This document shows, in pieces, positions 1 to 16,120 of a stretch of DNA of 64,000 bases. The notes under the pieces are model-generated. The model was not told the origin of the DNA. It saw nothing but the letters and a program-made list of their open reading frames with translations, and did no database searches. The position numbers were made by a program, and so were the translations under genes. The DNA is from Octopus vulgaris. Taxonomy: Eukaryota. Position 1 is the stretch's first letter, and every line of letters starts with the position of its first letter. Location of the stretch: positions 3,286,001 to 3,350,000 of the forward strand of contig OX597814.1 in NCBI GenBank assembly GCA_951406725.2. The letters run 5' to 3'.

Positions 1-256
1 CATGTGTGTGTATATTTATATGCCTGTGTGTGGGTATGTATACATATATATATATACACATACATACATATATAATATATATACATATATATATATATAT
101 ATACATATATATACATACATATATATATATATATATATAAATTTATATATATGATATATATTTTGTTTTGTATTTATTTACATATATAAGCATATATACG
201 CTTACTTTTCTTTGTATTTTGTCTTCATGGATTTGTATTGGAAACCAGAGTAGCTA

Positions 257-304
<48 letters not shown>

Positions 305-665
305 TGTCTGTCTGTCTGTCTGTCTGTCTTTCTGTCTGTCTGCAAGTGTACAGAGGGATATATTATGTAAGCATTCGATAAAATCCTTCGCTGCAGGGAG
401 GAGTCCATATGTTCAAAATCTGCTGACAGAAAAGTAATAACATAAATAGAGATGTGCACAGCCCAAATATATATATATATATATATATCTGTGTGTGTGT
501 GTGTGTAAGTCGGTCTTTCTGTCTGTGTGTGTGCAGAAGCGTACACACACCTACATGTGTATGGGGAGGGGGGGGTGACTGCCTGTGGGCGTATCTGTAA
601 CTGCACAGGTATACATGTGTAAAATTGTGTTTATAACATGAAGTATACATTTATATGCATGTATT

Positions 666-716
<51 letters not shown>

Positions 717-947
717 ATGTGTGTGTGTGTGTGCACGCAGACAATATGCACTCATATATGTATATATAGAGAGATGGAGACAGAGTAAGAAAGAGACAAA
801 CCGGGGGGGAGGCGGGGGTGTATATGTAGAGAAATGAGACTCCATGAAATAATGTATGGATTGTGTATGCATGTTTATATATACACACAGACACACAGAC
901 ACACACTCATATAAAGAAAGATTTATTATATACACAATCAGCATGTT

Positions 948-986
<39 letters not shown>

Positions 987-992
987 CAATCA

Positions 993-1032
<40 letters not shown>

Positions 1033-1215
1033 CATTCATATATGTATATATACATTCATATATATATACACATACACATTCATATTTATATGTAAAGTTT
1101 TATATACACATATGTTATAACATATGTATGGCTATATATATATATATATATATATGTTATAACATATGTATGGCTATATATATATATATATATATATGTT
1201 ATAACATATGTATGG

Positions 1216-1279
<64 letters not shown>

Positions 1280-2451
1280 TATATTCGTGCGTACCGTCTG
1301 TGTGTGTTCTACGTCGTTGTACACAGGTCTAAAGATATCTGCAGACTGTTCGCAAATACACTGTAAAAGTTTCTATCTCTATACACAGTGTATAGCGGAG
1401 AGGTTCTCAAAACCGATTTGCGTTCAATAATTAACGTTAGTACTATATAATACATACATGATGCACAGTCATACACACACACAGACACACAGACACACCC
1501 ACAACATACACACGCACACATACACATACATAAATAGATAGATACATGTGTATTTATACATGTGTGTATAATTTATCCATATATCAAAAAATATATATAT
1601 ATATATGCATATGTAAGCATGTATATATACGTATAGATACACACATATATATATATGTTTATATTTACATAGATATGCATATGTGCACGTGCACACACAC
1701 ACTTTTATAAGCCTAGCTACCAAAGCCCTCCTGTCGTGACCACAACGCCTCTTTTTTATTTTTTTTCCTTGACTTTCTCATCTCCCTTCATCTACATTAA
1801 CTAAAATGTTCCTAACCTCATTTTTTGCTTCGTTGTTTAAGACTTGTGTGTCTCTTATTTCATGAATGATATTTAACTGGTATTTCTAGCAAATCGGGAA
1901 CCATTACGTAGAAACCAACTTCCTTGGCACGAATTTAATGATGTCTGCGAACGTTTTAAAGAGAACTCTAAGCACTGTTGTTGTTGTTGTTAATGATGGT
2001 GAAGATGGTGATGAAGGTGGCGGTGGTGGCGGTGTGATTAAAAGTGAAATATTATTAAAGAGTCTGTAAGAAACGGAAGCAAGAGAAAGCCAAAATTGCC
2101 CAAGGGAACCGAAAGAAGCTCAAGAAATGATTAAAACTTGAAGAATTAAGCAGAAGAAATCGCAATTTATTGCAGGTTTCAAAGTTGAAATTAAAAATCA
2201 CTGTTGAGGGAAATGACTCTTAGATTCCGCTTAATGAAATGCAATCTGATTGGAAAGATTATCTATTGGTCTATCTAGATTTCGATCTGTTTATCGAACA
2301 CTCTATCTGTCTATCTGGACATGTATCTATTTATCTAACTATTATATTTATCTCTTTACTTATCAATATGTCTATGCATGTTTATTTAACTATCTTATCT
2401 AAATGTATGTTTCTCGATCTCATCTGCTTAACTTCGAGCATACACAATACG

Positions 2452-2485
<34 letters not shown>

Positions 2486-2750
2486 CGCGTACACATGCAA
2501 ATATCTACTTCTGACTTCGTTCTGATGATGTCTACCATTGGCAACGAGGCAAAAATATAAATATATATTTTCCTCACCATGGTAAACAGAAACGATCGTA
2601 AACTCACTTTCACTCTTACCTTTCTTAACTTATTAAATAATGGCTTCCTAGCGGAAAAGACACACTTCTCATTGTTGTTTTTCCTTCAGTTTCATATCGT
2701 CTATATTTATCTATCTATATATATAACAAAGTGATGTTGCACGAGTGGAA

Positions 2751-2987
2751 ATATATATGAAAGAAGGTTTGAAAAGGCAATTTTAAAAGATGCTTATTCA
2801 CTCGACCGATTTCACTTTTTTAGAAAAAGATTGTCAAAAGTAAAATGTAAAAGATTTGTAAAAGCTTTGTTGAGTTAAATAAAGCTTTTACATTTTACTT
2901 TTGACAATCTTTTTCTAAAAAAGTGAAATCGGTCGAGTGAATAAACATCTTTTAAAATTGCCTTTTCAAACCTTCTTTCATATATAT
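2751..2987. repeat. Near-perfect foldback inverted repeat (about 100-bp arms)
   Basis: 2751-2853 is the reverse complement of about 2885-2987 with one mismatch; spacer about 30 nt; ends lie in (TA)n. Confidence 0.9.
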
Positions 2988-3193
2988 ATATATATATATA
3001 TATGGAAGTACATGGATCTTTGTATGGGCATTGATTCCAAGGTGGAGGCCATAAGTTGGCACCTTTGGAGTCAAAATCTTTAGTAGGAAGAGGAAAATGT
3101 TTTCTTGCATCAAGAACATCAGCGATTATGTGGCTTGTGAGGATAATTTTGGTAAGTTTTGTAATCCAGCACAACGCTGAGTAGAGGTGCAAG

Positions 3194-3245
<52 letters not shown>

Positions 3246-3391
3246 TACCTTGATACACACATTTAAAGACAATGGTGAGTGATGCATAAAGACAAGACAG
3301 GAAGACCGACAGACACAAATACACAGACCTATACTTCGTTAATAATAATAATAATAATAATAATGATAATAGTAGTAGTAGTAGTAGCAGC

Positions 3392-3518
<127 letters not shown>

Positions 3519-3526
3519 ACAATAAT

Positions 3527-3759
3527 GTTCTCTACTAAAGGCCTGAATTGGCCTGAAATTTGAGGCTAAGATACTAATCGATCACATCGACCCCAGTACG
3601 TCAACTGACACCCATTCCACCGAACAACACCCCTCTTCCTCCCAAGAAAGAAAGGCAAAGTCGGCTTCGGTGTGATTTGAACTCAGAACGTTAAAGATGG
3701 ATGAAATATGCCGCTAAGCATTTTGCCCGCATGCTAACGAGTCTTCTAGCTCGCTGCCT
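3527..3759 (-). mobile_element. tRNA-derived SINE family A (Meta/MESC-like central domain), diverged copy
   Basis: Head AGGCAGCGAGCTAGAAGACTCGTTAGC, B-box GAGTTCAAATC, body similar to GTCGACTTTGCCTTTCATCC; homologous to other copies in the window. Confidence 0.8.
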
Positions 3760-3780
3760 ATTTTAATAATAGCTTTACGC

Positions 3781-4560
<780 letters not shown>

Positions 4561-4837
4561 ATACACAACACTACTCCGAGATTATTCTGTCGATCAACAA
4601 TGAAGTTGGCGATGTTTAATTCGCATTAAAACTATTTTATTTTGGCATAGAACCTTTAATTTCTGTGGAATTTCACAACAATGCCATGAAACAGTCTTCA
4701 AAGAGTTTTGCCAATATGAAAACAGCAATATTTCGCACCTCATGCTGGAATTTCTGGCGCGAAATGCTAAAAAAAATAACCGATGTCTTTAACTGCACAT
4801 GTTTAGGAGTGTAGGGGTGTGAGTAGGTGTGACGGTG

Positions 4838-4872
<35 letters not shown>

Positions 4873-4983
4873 GTATTAGTGGGATTATGTGTTGGTCCGC
4901 AGATATGTACGTGACGGGTAGTTATATTGATAGCTTTCTTAAAACAATGACAATATATGTGTCTATACGTACGTATGTGCGTA

Positions 4984-5037
<54 letters not shown>

Positions 5038-5248
5038 GTGTTTATGTATAAATATGGTGGGTGAGAGCTAGAAGAACGAAGAGAGAAAGGGAGTATTCGA
5101 TGATTCAGTCATTTGTACTCCGAGGTCCACATAAATTAATTGTGCGCATGATATCAAATAGATACTCTCATGTGCTTCTCTATTTCTCTAAAAGTCTGTT
5201 TCTTGTATTGTGATTTCTTCCGATTTTATATGTGCATATCTGTGCATA

Positions 5249-5291
<43 letters not shown>

Positions 5292-5413
5292 GTGCATGTG
5301 TGTGTGTGTGTAGCAAGTATGTTAACGTTCCGCCATAAATAATCCATATATGTGTGTACTTAAAAATCTTGATATATTCAAATATTGTGTGCGTGTGTGT
5401 GTGTGAGTGTGTG

Positions 5414-5489
<76 letters not shown>

Positions 5490-5609
5490 TGTGTAGACAA
5501 ATTTGAAGTGTTAGCACACACATTTCCCGAAGCAACAACACTTTAAGAAAAACCAGGGTAGTTAAAAAGTAATTAGTTGTGGAAAAAAGTCATAGCGTTG
5601 AGCCATTTC

Positions 5610-5744
5610 CCTACCCGTTTCACACCCGTTGTCATGTGATATAGGTATCAAAGACTGGCGAGTAGGGACGTACGATGGGGGAGGGGGAATTTTTGACCCA
5701 TAATACAGTCACACCCATCGACTTTTGGGTGAGAAACGGGTAGG
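5610..5744. mobile_element. Small MITE-like element with 18-bp inverted termini
   Basis: CCTACCCGTTTCACACCC (5610-5627) versus GGGTGAGAAACGGGTAGG (5727-5744), one mismatch; no clear TSD. Confidence 0.5.
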
Positions 5745-6037
5745 AATCGGGTAAAGGGGGAGACAAAGTTGTTGTTTCAGGGATATTTTGAAAGGAGAAA
5801 GCGTGAAATGAGACCAGAGGGACTTGTGTGTGTATGTGTGCATGCGCGCGTGTGTTGTGTGCGCGTGCGTATGCGCATGTAAGTAGAATTATGTGTATAT
5901 GTAGTTATATGTCTGTGTATAGTAATGTGAGTGTGTATGCTATATACATATATATGCGTGTGTATGCAGGTGGTTATATATGCATTTATGATGTGAATGA
6001 GCTAGTTTTGTGTGACGTATGTGTTAATTACGTGTAA

Positions 6038-6147
<110 letters not shown>

Positions 6148-6229
6148 ATAAAATTAACACATACGTCACTCAAAACTGTGTGTATGTATATATATATTCA
6201 TATATATATACACATACACACTGAGCTAA

Positions 6230-6323
<94 letters not shown>

Positions 6324-6705
6324 GTGAGAGGAACTGCTATTATAGGCATTTAATAGTGGGAAGGAGAAAGTGTGGGAAGTGACTAGGATGGGGTGCATGA
6401 GAGAGAGAGAGAAAATAATAAATAGTGAAGGGTAGAAGTAAGAGGGTGTGTAGAAGTGCAGGGGGGGAGCAAGTGGACCGACTGACTTTCCGACCATGGT
6501 TCCGCTTCTGCGAGAATTTTGGCGGAGCATGACGAAATAAGGGACATTTTATATACAAGAGAGAGGTTTAGTGTTGTTTTGTTTGTGTTAGCGGGTGGAG
6601 AATACGGGTGCAGGGGGGTACTGGCGCGTAGATGATGAAGTTATATTGGCAGGGAAATTTGGTTAAAAAAGAGAAAAAAAAAAAGGAAGAAAAATAATTA
6701 TTGTA

Positions 6706-6803
6706 TTAGTGATGATGATGATGATGATGATGACGACGAATGTGATGATGATGATGATGACAATGATGATGATGACGATGATGATGATGATGACGACGAC
6801 GAC

Positions 6804-6836
<33 letters not shown>

Positions 6837-7250
6837 GGCGGTGGTGATGATGACTATGATGATGATGATTATGATGTGTGTGGGGATGGCGGTGAGACTG
6901 CGTTATTGTGATGGTCGTGTGTGTGTGTGTGCAATGTGATGACGGATGTGTACGGGTAATGATATAATGATGAGAATCATGATGATGATGATGATAATGA
7001 TGATGATGATGATGATGGTTATGAGAATTGGGGATTGAGGTCTCGGTGCCAGGAGCGGCCATGGTTATGGTGGTGATATTAATGATGATGATAATGTTGA
7101 TGATGGCAACGGTCATCTTTCCCCGCGGCCACCACCAACACCATCATCATCATCATCATCATGGACATGATCTTGACAGTGCTGACGATGGAGATGTCAT
7201 TGTGATGACGGAGAAATTGGCAAAGATGATGAAAATGATGATGATGACGC
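6706..7250. repeat. Degenerate (GAT)n/(GGT)n/(CAT)n microsatellite block
   Basis: Directly visible; gives poly-His and poly-Met ORFs. Confidence 0.9.
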
Positions 7251-7295
7251 GTTAGTGAAGCATAAAGACACGATGTCCCAGAAGTATGAGCATCC

Positions 7296-8400
<1,105 letters not shown>

Positions 8401-9170
8401 ACATTTACATATGTGTGTTTGTGCATGTGTGTGTGTGTATGTACATATGGACGCGCACACACATTCTTCGGGGCGATGCCCCAGCATGGCCACAGTCTAA
8501 TGACTGAAACAAATAAAAGATAAAACAGACAGAAATATCTATATGAAATGTTTATGAATGAGTGCTTGTGCGTTAATGTAGCTACACACGCTCACACACA
8601 TACACACACGCACACACACATACACACACACGCATACACACATACACACATACATGCATGATGTGTCTGTGTCCATGTATGTCCGTGTTGCTGTCTTGGG
8701 AGGGTCGTTGAGCACTGGTTCTATTTCATTTCTGAATTTTATTCGATATTTAGCCTAGTAATTAGTTAACCAATCGGTTCTGCGATTAACCGCTCGACAA
8801 ATCAAGAAGCTGGTTTCTCAGAGTCCTTCTTGCAGGGTATGGGTGGCCGTGTGGGGGTGGGGGTGGGGGGCACCGAGACAGACCTGCAGAAACGAATTCG
8901 GACGAAAGGACTCTTAGAAAGGAGACGATTGGTCAGTTGATCGATCGATCGATCGACTGATCAAGCAGATGATCACTTAAATGGTTAAGTAGTTGCCTAA
9001 TAATACGAGAAGGGAAATGATATATAACCAGTGTGAGTGTTTCTTATGGGGCAAAACGACCCTCCCAGGATACGACTATATTTATTGCAATATACCATAT
9101 TTACATGAAAAATCTTCCAAAACACAGAAATACAGAAATAATAATGTGTGTATGTGGGTGTGTGTAGATG

Positions 9171-9271
<101 letters not shown>

Positions 9272-11021
9272 ATAGATAGGTAGATAGATAGATAACATAA
9301 CGATTGCTGTTGCATAGTTTATTCGTCCGATATTGGCTTGTGTGTTATATGCATTATCCATAAAGGTAGATCGATAAACAGGTAGGTTGGTATGTAGGTA
9401 GGATGGTGGATAGACATGCAATCAGAGAACCACAGTCACACACACTCTAAGGCATACATATTCGCAGGTTCCTTGACACATACATACAGAGGAGAATCTG
9501 ATGTAAACAGAAAAATAAAACAAGCGAAGAACAACACGTAAGATGGCGGTGATGAAAAAGGCTTCATAGCTTCTCTGGATATGATGCGTTTCAAAGAGAG
9601 GGAAGACATTAAACAGAGGACAGGTGGACATGCGGACATTTGGACAATGTAGAGACGAGTACATTATTTCAAATGGACTTTAATGAAGACACTAAGGTAG
9701 AAACATAAGAAAGAGGTGACAAATATACTTACGTGCTTCATAGTTTATTAATGTTCCCTTGAGACTAGGGTTAGAGTGAGGGTTAGTAATGTTACAAACA
9801 GAAGACCGTTAGCGTTGTGTTATAATGGACACAGTTAAGTCTAAACAGGTCGCCATTTTGTCGAAGTCTACCAAAGAGTTGAACATGAATTTTAGAGGTT
9901 TTTGTGTTTGTTTCTCGTATTTTTTTAAAGTGGGGCAAATATATTTAAAACAATCATTGGGTCCAAACCCCACAGTTTTTCCTGGACATAGTTTATTGAT
10001 AACTGACCAATCGAAACCCGATAGAGTTAGTCTTAGTATTCTATAATAATTCCGTTAATAATTCCAAACAACCATTCTTAAATCACTTCACATTCTAGGA
10101 TGCTTTAGAGGAATATTAAATCATCAACCCCAGTACATGACTGGTATTTTAATTTCATCAACTCCGGATACATGAAAATCAAATACTGATCGTAGCCGGG
10201 GATTTGAACCCAGAAAGTATAAAATCGGAGTTAAACATCGCAAATATTTTGTCCGATACTCTAAACATTCTACTAATCCACCTGCAAATTGTTTCCTAAT
10301 CTTGGATTAGATTAAGCTTTGCTTTGCTTCTTTTTTCTTTTTTTTTTTTTCTTTTTGCAGTTAACAGAACATGACCATATGCTGGTCGCTATTTATTAGT
10401 GACCATTCTTTGATTCTGTATTGGTCACCCATTGGTCAAGATATATATTAACACAAATTCCATTGGGTATATATTACTGCCTCAAGCCAAGTCTTCCCCT
10501 ATACAAAGTTATAGATGTGTCCCATGGCTAAACAGATGCCTCCTGCTCTTTAGGTTAGAAAACAATCTCAGTAATTACTCACAATAATTAACATAATTAA
10601 ATTTGCCAATTTCAGTTTTTTTCCTGTTTTATCTATTCTTTTTGTTTCATTCTTTATTGCTTATTTTGTTTTCTATTTTGTTTCAAATCATTATTAGTAT
10701 ATTGTTAAGATGTTAGTTGACAATTGAAAACTGGATATCGAAATCATAATTAGTGCTGTCGCTGATGATGATGCTGATGATGATGGTGCTCTCTGTTGCT
10801 CTTGTTATCGTTGTTTATTTTTGCCAACTGGCTGCTGCTGCTGATGCTACTGCTGCTATTCACGAAACCAAAACGCAGTCAGCATCTTCTTCCATAACAC
10901 TGAACATGATGACGATCATATCAACAATGATCCTCTTCTGCATTGCTCTACACATCACCAATCTAATCGTTCTCGTCATCAGCAACTCAACCACCACAGC
11001 AACACAACCAGTTTATTACTA

Positions 11022-11081
<60 letters not shown>

Positions 11082-11301
11082 CTATCTAACTTACTTCAAG
11101 CATGAAATCAATAAAATTAAGTGAAAATTTAATATCAAAATTGAACGATAAAACAATACATACATATATATGTATGTGTGTATACATATATGTATATATA
11201 TATATATATACATACGCATGTGTGTATACATATATGTATATATATATATACATACGCATGTGTGTATACATATATGTATATATATATATATATACATACG
11301 C

Positions 11302-11358
<57 letters not shown>

Positions 11359-11455
11359 CATATATGTATATATATATACATTATAAATGCACACAAACCT
11401 ATGATATATATATATATATATATATACATATATAGTAAATAGACACAAACACATA

Positions 11456-11505
<50 letters not shown>

Positions 11506-11635
11506 CAAAGAAATATATAAAAACTATTAAATTAAAATAAATGAATCAATAAACTAAAAAAACAACTAAATACTGTAAAAAAAATACTAAAAAAAATAAG
11601 GCAAGAATTTAAGAAAAGGCGATGCGTTGACATAC

Positions 11636-12181
11636 CTGAGTTTGACCTGGATTTCGATCGACTTCTTGATAATGCTGAAGTTGCTTTAAACATACTGGTG
11701 GCTGGGTGAAAACCAAGTGGAGTCGAGCTGTATTCAGTTCCGGTCATGTAGGAAGGATAACTGGTCATGTGATGAGCCGGGTGAGTTGATCCGTGTGTGT
11801 TGAGAAAATGCGGGATTCCGGCAGCCCCCGTAGCGCCACCACTGCCAGCGTTGCTGCTCGCTAAAATACCATTTTGATGGTCGTTCTCATCGACTGCCTT
11901 AAAAGGTTTGTTCTCTGTGTTATAGTCGCCATGGTTAGCACCGCCATTGATACTGTCCGGACTGGTGTCTTTTGGTGGAGTTGGCGGGAAACTGAATGAG
12001 CTAGATGTGGCAATCGAGGTAGGGGGATGTACAGACAACGGTGCAGTGGCGTTTGGATGAGTGAGGGACTTGCTGAAGGGATTCATCCAACTGGGACTAG
12101 AGTGAGCCATTACTGGCTTGCTCTCCGCTAACCACGGATGAAGCGGCGTGTGAAAATGTGGTCGACAGACTTGAGCGCTGC
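11636..12181 (-). CDS. GATA3: Internal coding exon of a GATA1/2/3-class (GATA2/GATA3-like) zinc-finger transcription factor: N-terminal activation region, ending just before zinc finger 1
   Basis: Translation GSAQVCRPHFHTPLHPWL...SPSWMNPFSK...FSFPPTPPKDTSPD...HHMTSYPSYM..EYSS..FHP...RSKSRSNS matches GATA2/3 motifs (GSQVCRP, PWL, SPW..PFSK, FPPTPPKDVSPD, YP.Y). Acceptor ttttcacag|GC at 12182/12181, donor TCAG|gtatgt at 11636/11635. Length 546 nt, phase 1-1, the same intron positions as vertebrate GATA2/3 before EGRECVNC. Invertebrates have one GATA123 gene, so the symbol is approximate. Confidence 0.95.
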
Positions 12182-12258
12182 CTGTGAAAAGAGACAAAAC
12201 AATACAGTGAAGATGGGCGAAATCACATCGAAACGTCGGACATAGTCCTAACTAAGCA

Positions 12259-12324
<66 letters not shown>

Positions 12325-12500
12325 GTTACAAGAATATTTCAAAGTTGCGACGAGGGATTTATTTCTATAATTGATTTAAACATAATCAATGCCAACAGGT
12401 TTAATTTGGAAGTGTTTTAACTGAAGGCTTCTTTTTGGAACAGGTGGGTTCTTGTGTAGGGAAATGTCACTATATTCATACACTTACATATGGGTGTATG

Positions 12501-12542
<42 letters not shown>

Positions 12543-13094
12543 TATACATATATGAAATTCAAATTTACAGAAAACAAAAGACGAAGACAAATACGTTGTT
12601 TGGCCAATAAATATATCTATTAGATACTCTGTTTTAATGATAATAATAGTATTATTAATATTAATTTAAAAAATCATAAAATGTAATAACAAAAGAATGA
12701 GACCTCGATATTAGAGAAATAGAGGATTGTTTAAATATGTTATAATTTTGAACAAACAGTAAAAGGTTGTCATTATAGCACTCGGAGTTTCGAATGTCGG
12801 AGTGAAGAGCTACGATACATTCTTGTCAGATGTTAATGGCAACAGACGCTATGAAAAACCGTCAAATAAAAGGGAAGTAACTCTAATAGGTTGGAAAATA
12901 AAAAATAAAGAAAGATAAAAATACACGCAACCGTATTCTCACATGGCATAGACATAAACCTCCTGCGTTCACAACATCTACATATGTACACACTCATACA
13001 ATCTTGTATACGTACATGTACACGCACACACACACACACAAAACTATATGTATGTACGTACTCATACATGCACACATATCCACACACACTTATG

Positions 13095-13155
<61 letters not shown>

Positions 13156-13722
13156 TATACTGTATATACACTGTAATATTGAATACGTTTTAGAACTCTT
13201 TGCATTCATTCGAAGTTGAAAATTTCTGAGGAAACCCGGATCTATATGAAAAAGTGAGGGTTTCATTTAGGTTTCCATGGATATACATCTCCCTCATCTG
13301 ACTAATTGTGTCTCAAACCATCGGAGAGTCAAATTGAGTTGGATGCAAATAAAGACGATGTACATTTACTAATAGAATATAAACGGCTGTCTTTTCGACT
13401 TCATATCCTGACCCATGTCAAATCCACCATTTTACATATGTAGGATCTTATTGCTAAGGATAATGGCGTATAAATATTTAACGGTTAAATGTTCGAAACT
13501 ACGGCGATTGTGGCTACTATAAATCGCATTGGCCTTGTGTAGATATACACCAATAACACTTATTCCAGAAGGTGAGACTGTGAAAGCCTAGAAAAGTTAA
13601 TGATAGATGTTAGAACATTTTTGTTCGAGTAAAGAATGAAAAAATCTCGTATAAGAATATGCAGAACATATTTGAAAAAGATGCAATTAGAACATGGTTA
13701 GTGTTCTGATAGAGCACACAAA

Positions 13723-13784
<62 letters not shown>

Positions 13785-14033
13785 TGTGTGTATGTGTTTA
13801 TATGTCACATTTTAGAATTTCGACATATGAAATATTTGTTCATGTCATCTATCTATCTTTCTATCTGTCAATCTATTTATCTATCGCATCCATCAATATG
13901 TCTCTCTCACACTATCTATATATCAATCTACCAGTTCATCTTTCTATATCATATTTTTTTTTATTATCTTCCAACCAATCTATCAATTTGCATGTATACA
14001 CGCACACACACACGTGTGATTGAGTGTGTGTGC

Positions 14034-14070
<37 letters not shown>

Positions 14071-14160
14071 GCACATTATCGAAAAGCGAAAGCTTCCCAT
14101 GCAGGAGGGGTGGTAAGAGGCGAGGAGTAGAGCGGTGAATATCAGGAGAGGAAAAAAGAA

Positions 14161-14320
14161 ATCAACGCCTGTCTGTGTGACATTACGATCTAATTAGTTC
14201 ACAGTAAAGCAATGACAAGTCTTGATTGGCCAATATATACACTTCTGTACAAAAATATCACCTCATTAGTAAACACCCGGCGTGAAGGTCAAACGTCGGT
14301 AAATCATACAATACAATAGC
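14161..14320. promoter_or_regulatory. Candidate intronic enhancer (TALE/Hox, Fox, nuclear receptor, Sox motif cluster)
   Basis: Unique island between microsatellites: TGACA x2, CTAATTAG, TGATTGGCCAAT, GTAAACA, AAGGTCA, GTAAATCAT (ATGATTTAC on minus), ACAAT x2. Motif evidence only. Confidence 0.4.
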
Positions 14321-14438
14321 ACACATATCTCACACACACACACACACACACACACACTATATCTTTCTCTCTCTCACACACACACACACACTCTCTCACA
14401 CACACACACACTATATCTTTCTCTCTCACACACACACA

Positions 14439-14473
<35 letters not shown>

Positions 14474-14494
14474 TCTCTCTCTCTCACACACACA

Positions 14495-14577
<83 letters not shown>

Positions 14578-14881
14578 ACAACACACACACGAGTTTCTGT
14601 ATAGACAGTGTGTGGTGTGTTTATGTTAGTGTGTGTAATTAACACTTTCAAACACTTCTTCAAAAAGTTTTTTACATCTTTTAGTTACTTCTCTCCTTCA
14701 TACATACAATGTACACACACACACACACACACGCACACACCGTCACACCCTACACTCCTAAACACACATATATATATACACACATACACACACTTTCCAT
14801 CTTACAACGCGTTTCACAACCATGTGTGTGTGTGTGTGTGTGCTGTGAAAACTCATCTTTGTGTGTTATATACGTATATAT

Positions 14882-15272
14882 AGGCATAGGAGTGGCTGTG
14901 TGGTAAGTAGCTTCCTAATCAACCACATGGTTCCGGGATCGGTCCCACTGCATGGCACCTTGGGCAAGTGTCTTCTGCTATAGCCTCAGGCCGAAACTGA
15001 AAGAAGCCCGTCGTATATATATATATGTGTGAGTGTATATATGTGTATGTGTGTGTATATGTTTCTGTGTCCGTTTTTGTCCCCCTTAACATCGCTTGAC
15101 AACCGAGGTTGGTGTGTTGACGTCCTCGTAACCTGGCGGTTCGGCAAAAGGTACCAATAAACTAATACTAGGCTTATAAAGTCCTGGGGGTCGATTTGCT
15201 CGACCAAAGGCGGTACTCCAGCATGGCTACAGTCCAATGACTGAAACAAGTGAAAGAGTAAAAAAAAAGAGA
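14882..15272 (+). mobile_element. tRNA-derived SINE family B (CORE-like domain, internal microsatellite)
   Basis: A-box TGGCTGTGTGG, B-box-like GGATCGGTCCC, CORE-like GGCACCTTGGGCAAGTGTCTT, tail CAGCATGGCTACAGTCCAATGACTGAAACAAG; many homologues in the window. Confidence 0.9.
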
Positions 15273-15357
15273 GTATATGATAATATATTTGTGTACAGTG
15301 TATGTCTGATCTAGGCTCAAAGCAAGGCAGAATGAATATAAAATGTACGAGTATGTG

Positions 15358-15396
<39 letters not shown>

Positions 15397-15412
15397 AGGG
15401 AGAGAGAGAGAG

Positions 15413-15463
<51 letters not shown>

Positions 15464-15486
15464 AAAAGAAAAAAGAAAGAAAGAAA

Positions 15487-15517
<31 letters not shown>

Positions 15518-15519
15518 GA

Positions 15520-15551
<32 letters not shown>

Positions 15552-15848
15552 GTATGTGTGTGTGTGTCTTATTCTACAGACTTATTACAGCGTTTTGTGA
15601 AGAGAAACTCGTGAAGAGAATCTCGGGCGGTGGGGGTTGGAGAAAAAAAACTTACTGCATATCTAGCAATACAACTGAGATTCCAAGACAAAAAAGAGAT
15701 TTTGACTGAAGCATATTAACACAAACGCGGCAGCTAAAACTTCACTAACAACAACAACAGCAACGCCAGTACAAACAACAAGATCAGCTAACTATAATGA
15801 CAACAATAGGCACGAAAATATAAACCCCCACGGATAGCAAATGATAAC

Positions 15849-16057
15849 GGTTTCGAATTTTGGATGAAGGGACTAAGACGGTTAGATCGATCCAAAGATC
15901 AACTGCTAAGTCATTTCATCGACCCCGGAAGAATAAATGGCAAAGTCGCCCTCGGCGGAATTTGAAATCAGAGCACGAAGACGGATGAAATGCTGAAAAA
16001 CATTTTGCTCACTAAGTATTTTGTCCGGCGAGCTAACGATTCTGCCAGCTCGCCGCC

Positions 16058-16058
<1 letters not shown>
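15849..16058 (-). mobile_element. SINE family A copy
   Basis: Head AGGCGGCGAGCTGGCAGAATCGTTAGC and Meta-like body. Confidence 0.85.

Positions 16059-16116
<58 letters not shown>

Positions 16117-16120
<4 letters not shown>

Noticed and set aside
11532-12197. The 221-aa ORF as a complete gene
   Set aside because: Both ends run into intron; GATA similarity stops at the canonical splice sites 12181 and 11636.
12205-12240. GTGAAGATG...CATCGAAACGTCGG, a Penelope-hammerhead-like string beside the splice acceptor
   Set aside because: C3 is missing and stem I does not pair; at best a decayed relic on the antisense strand.
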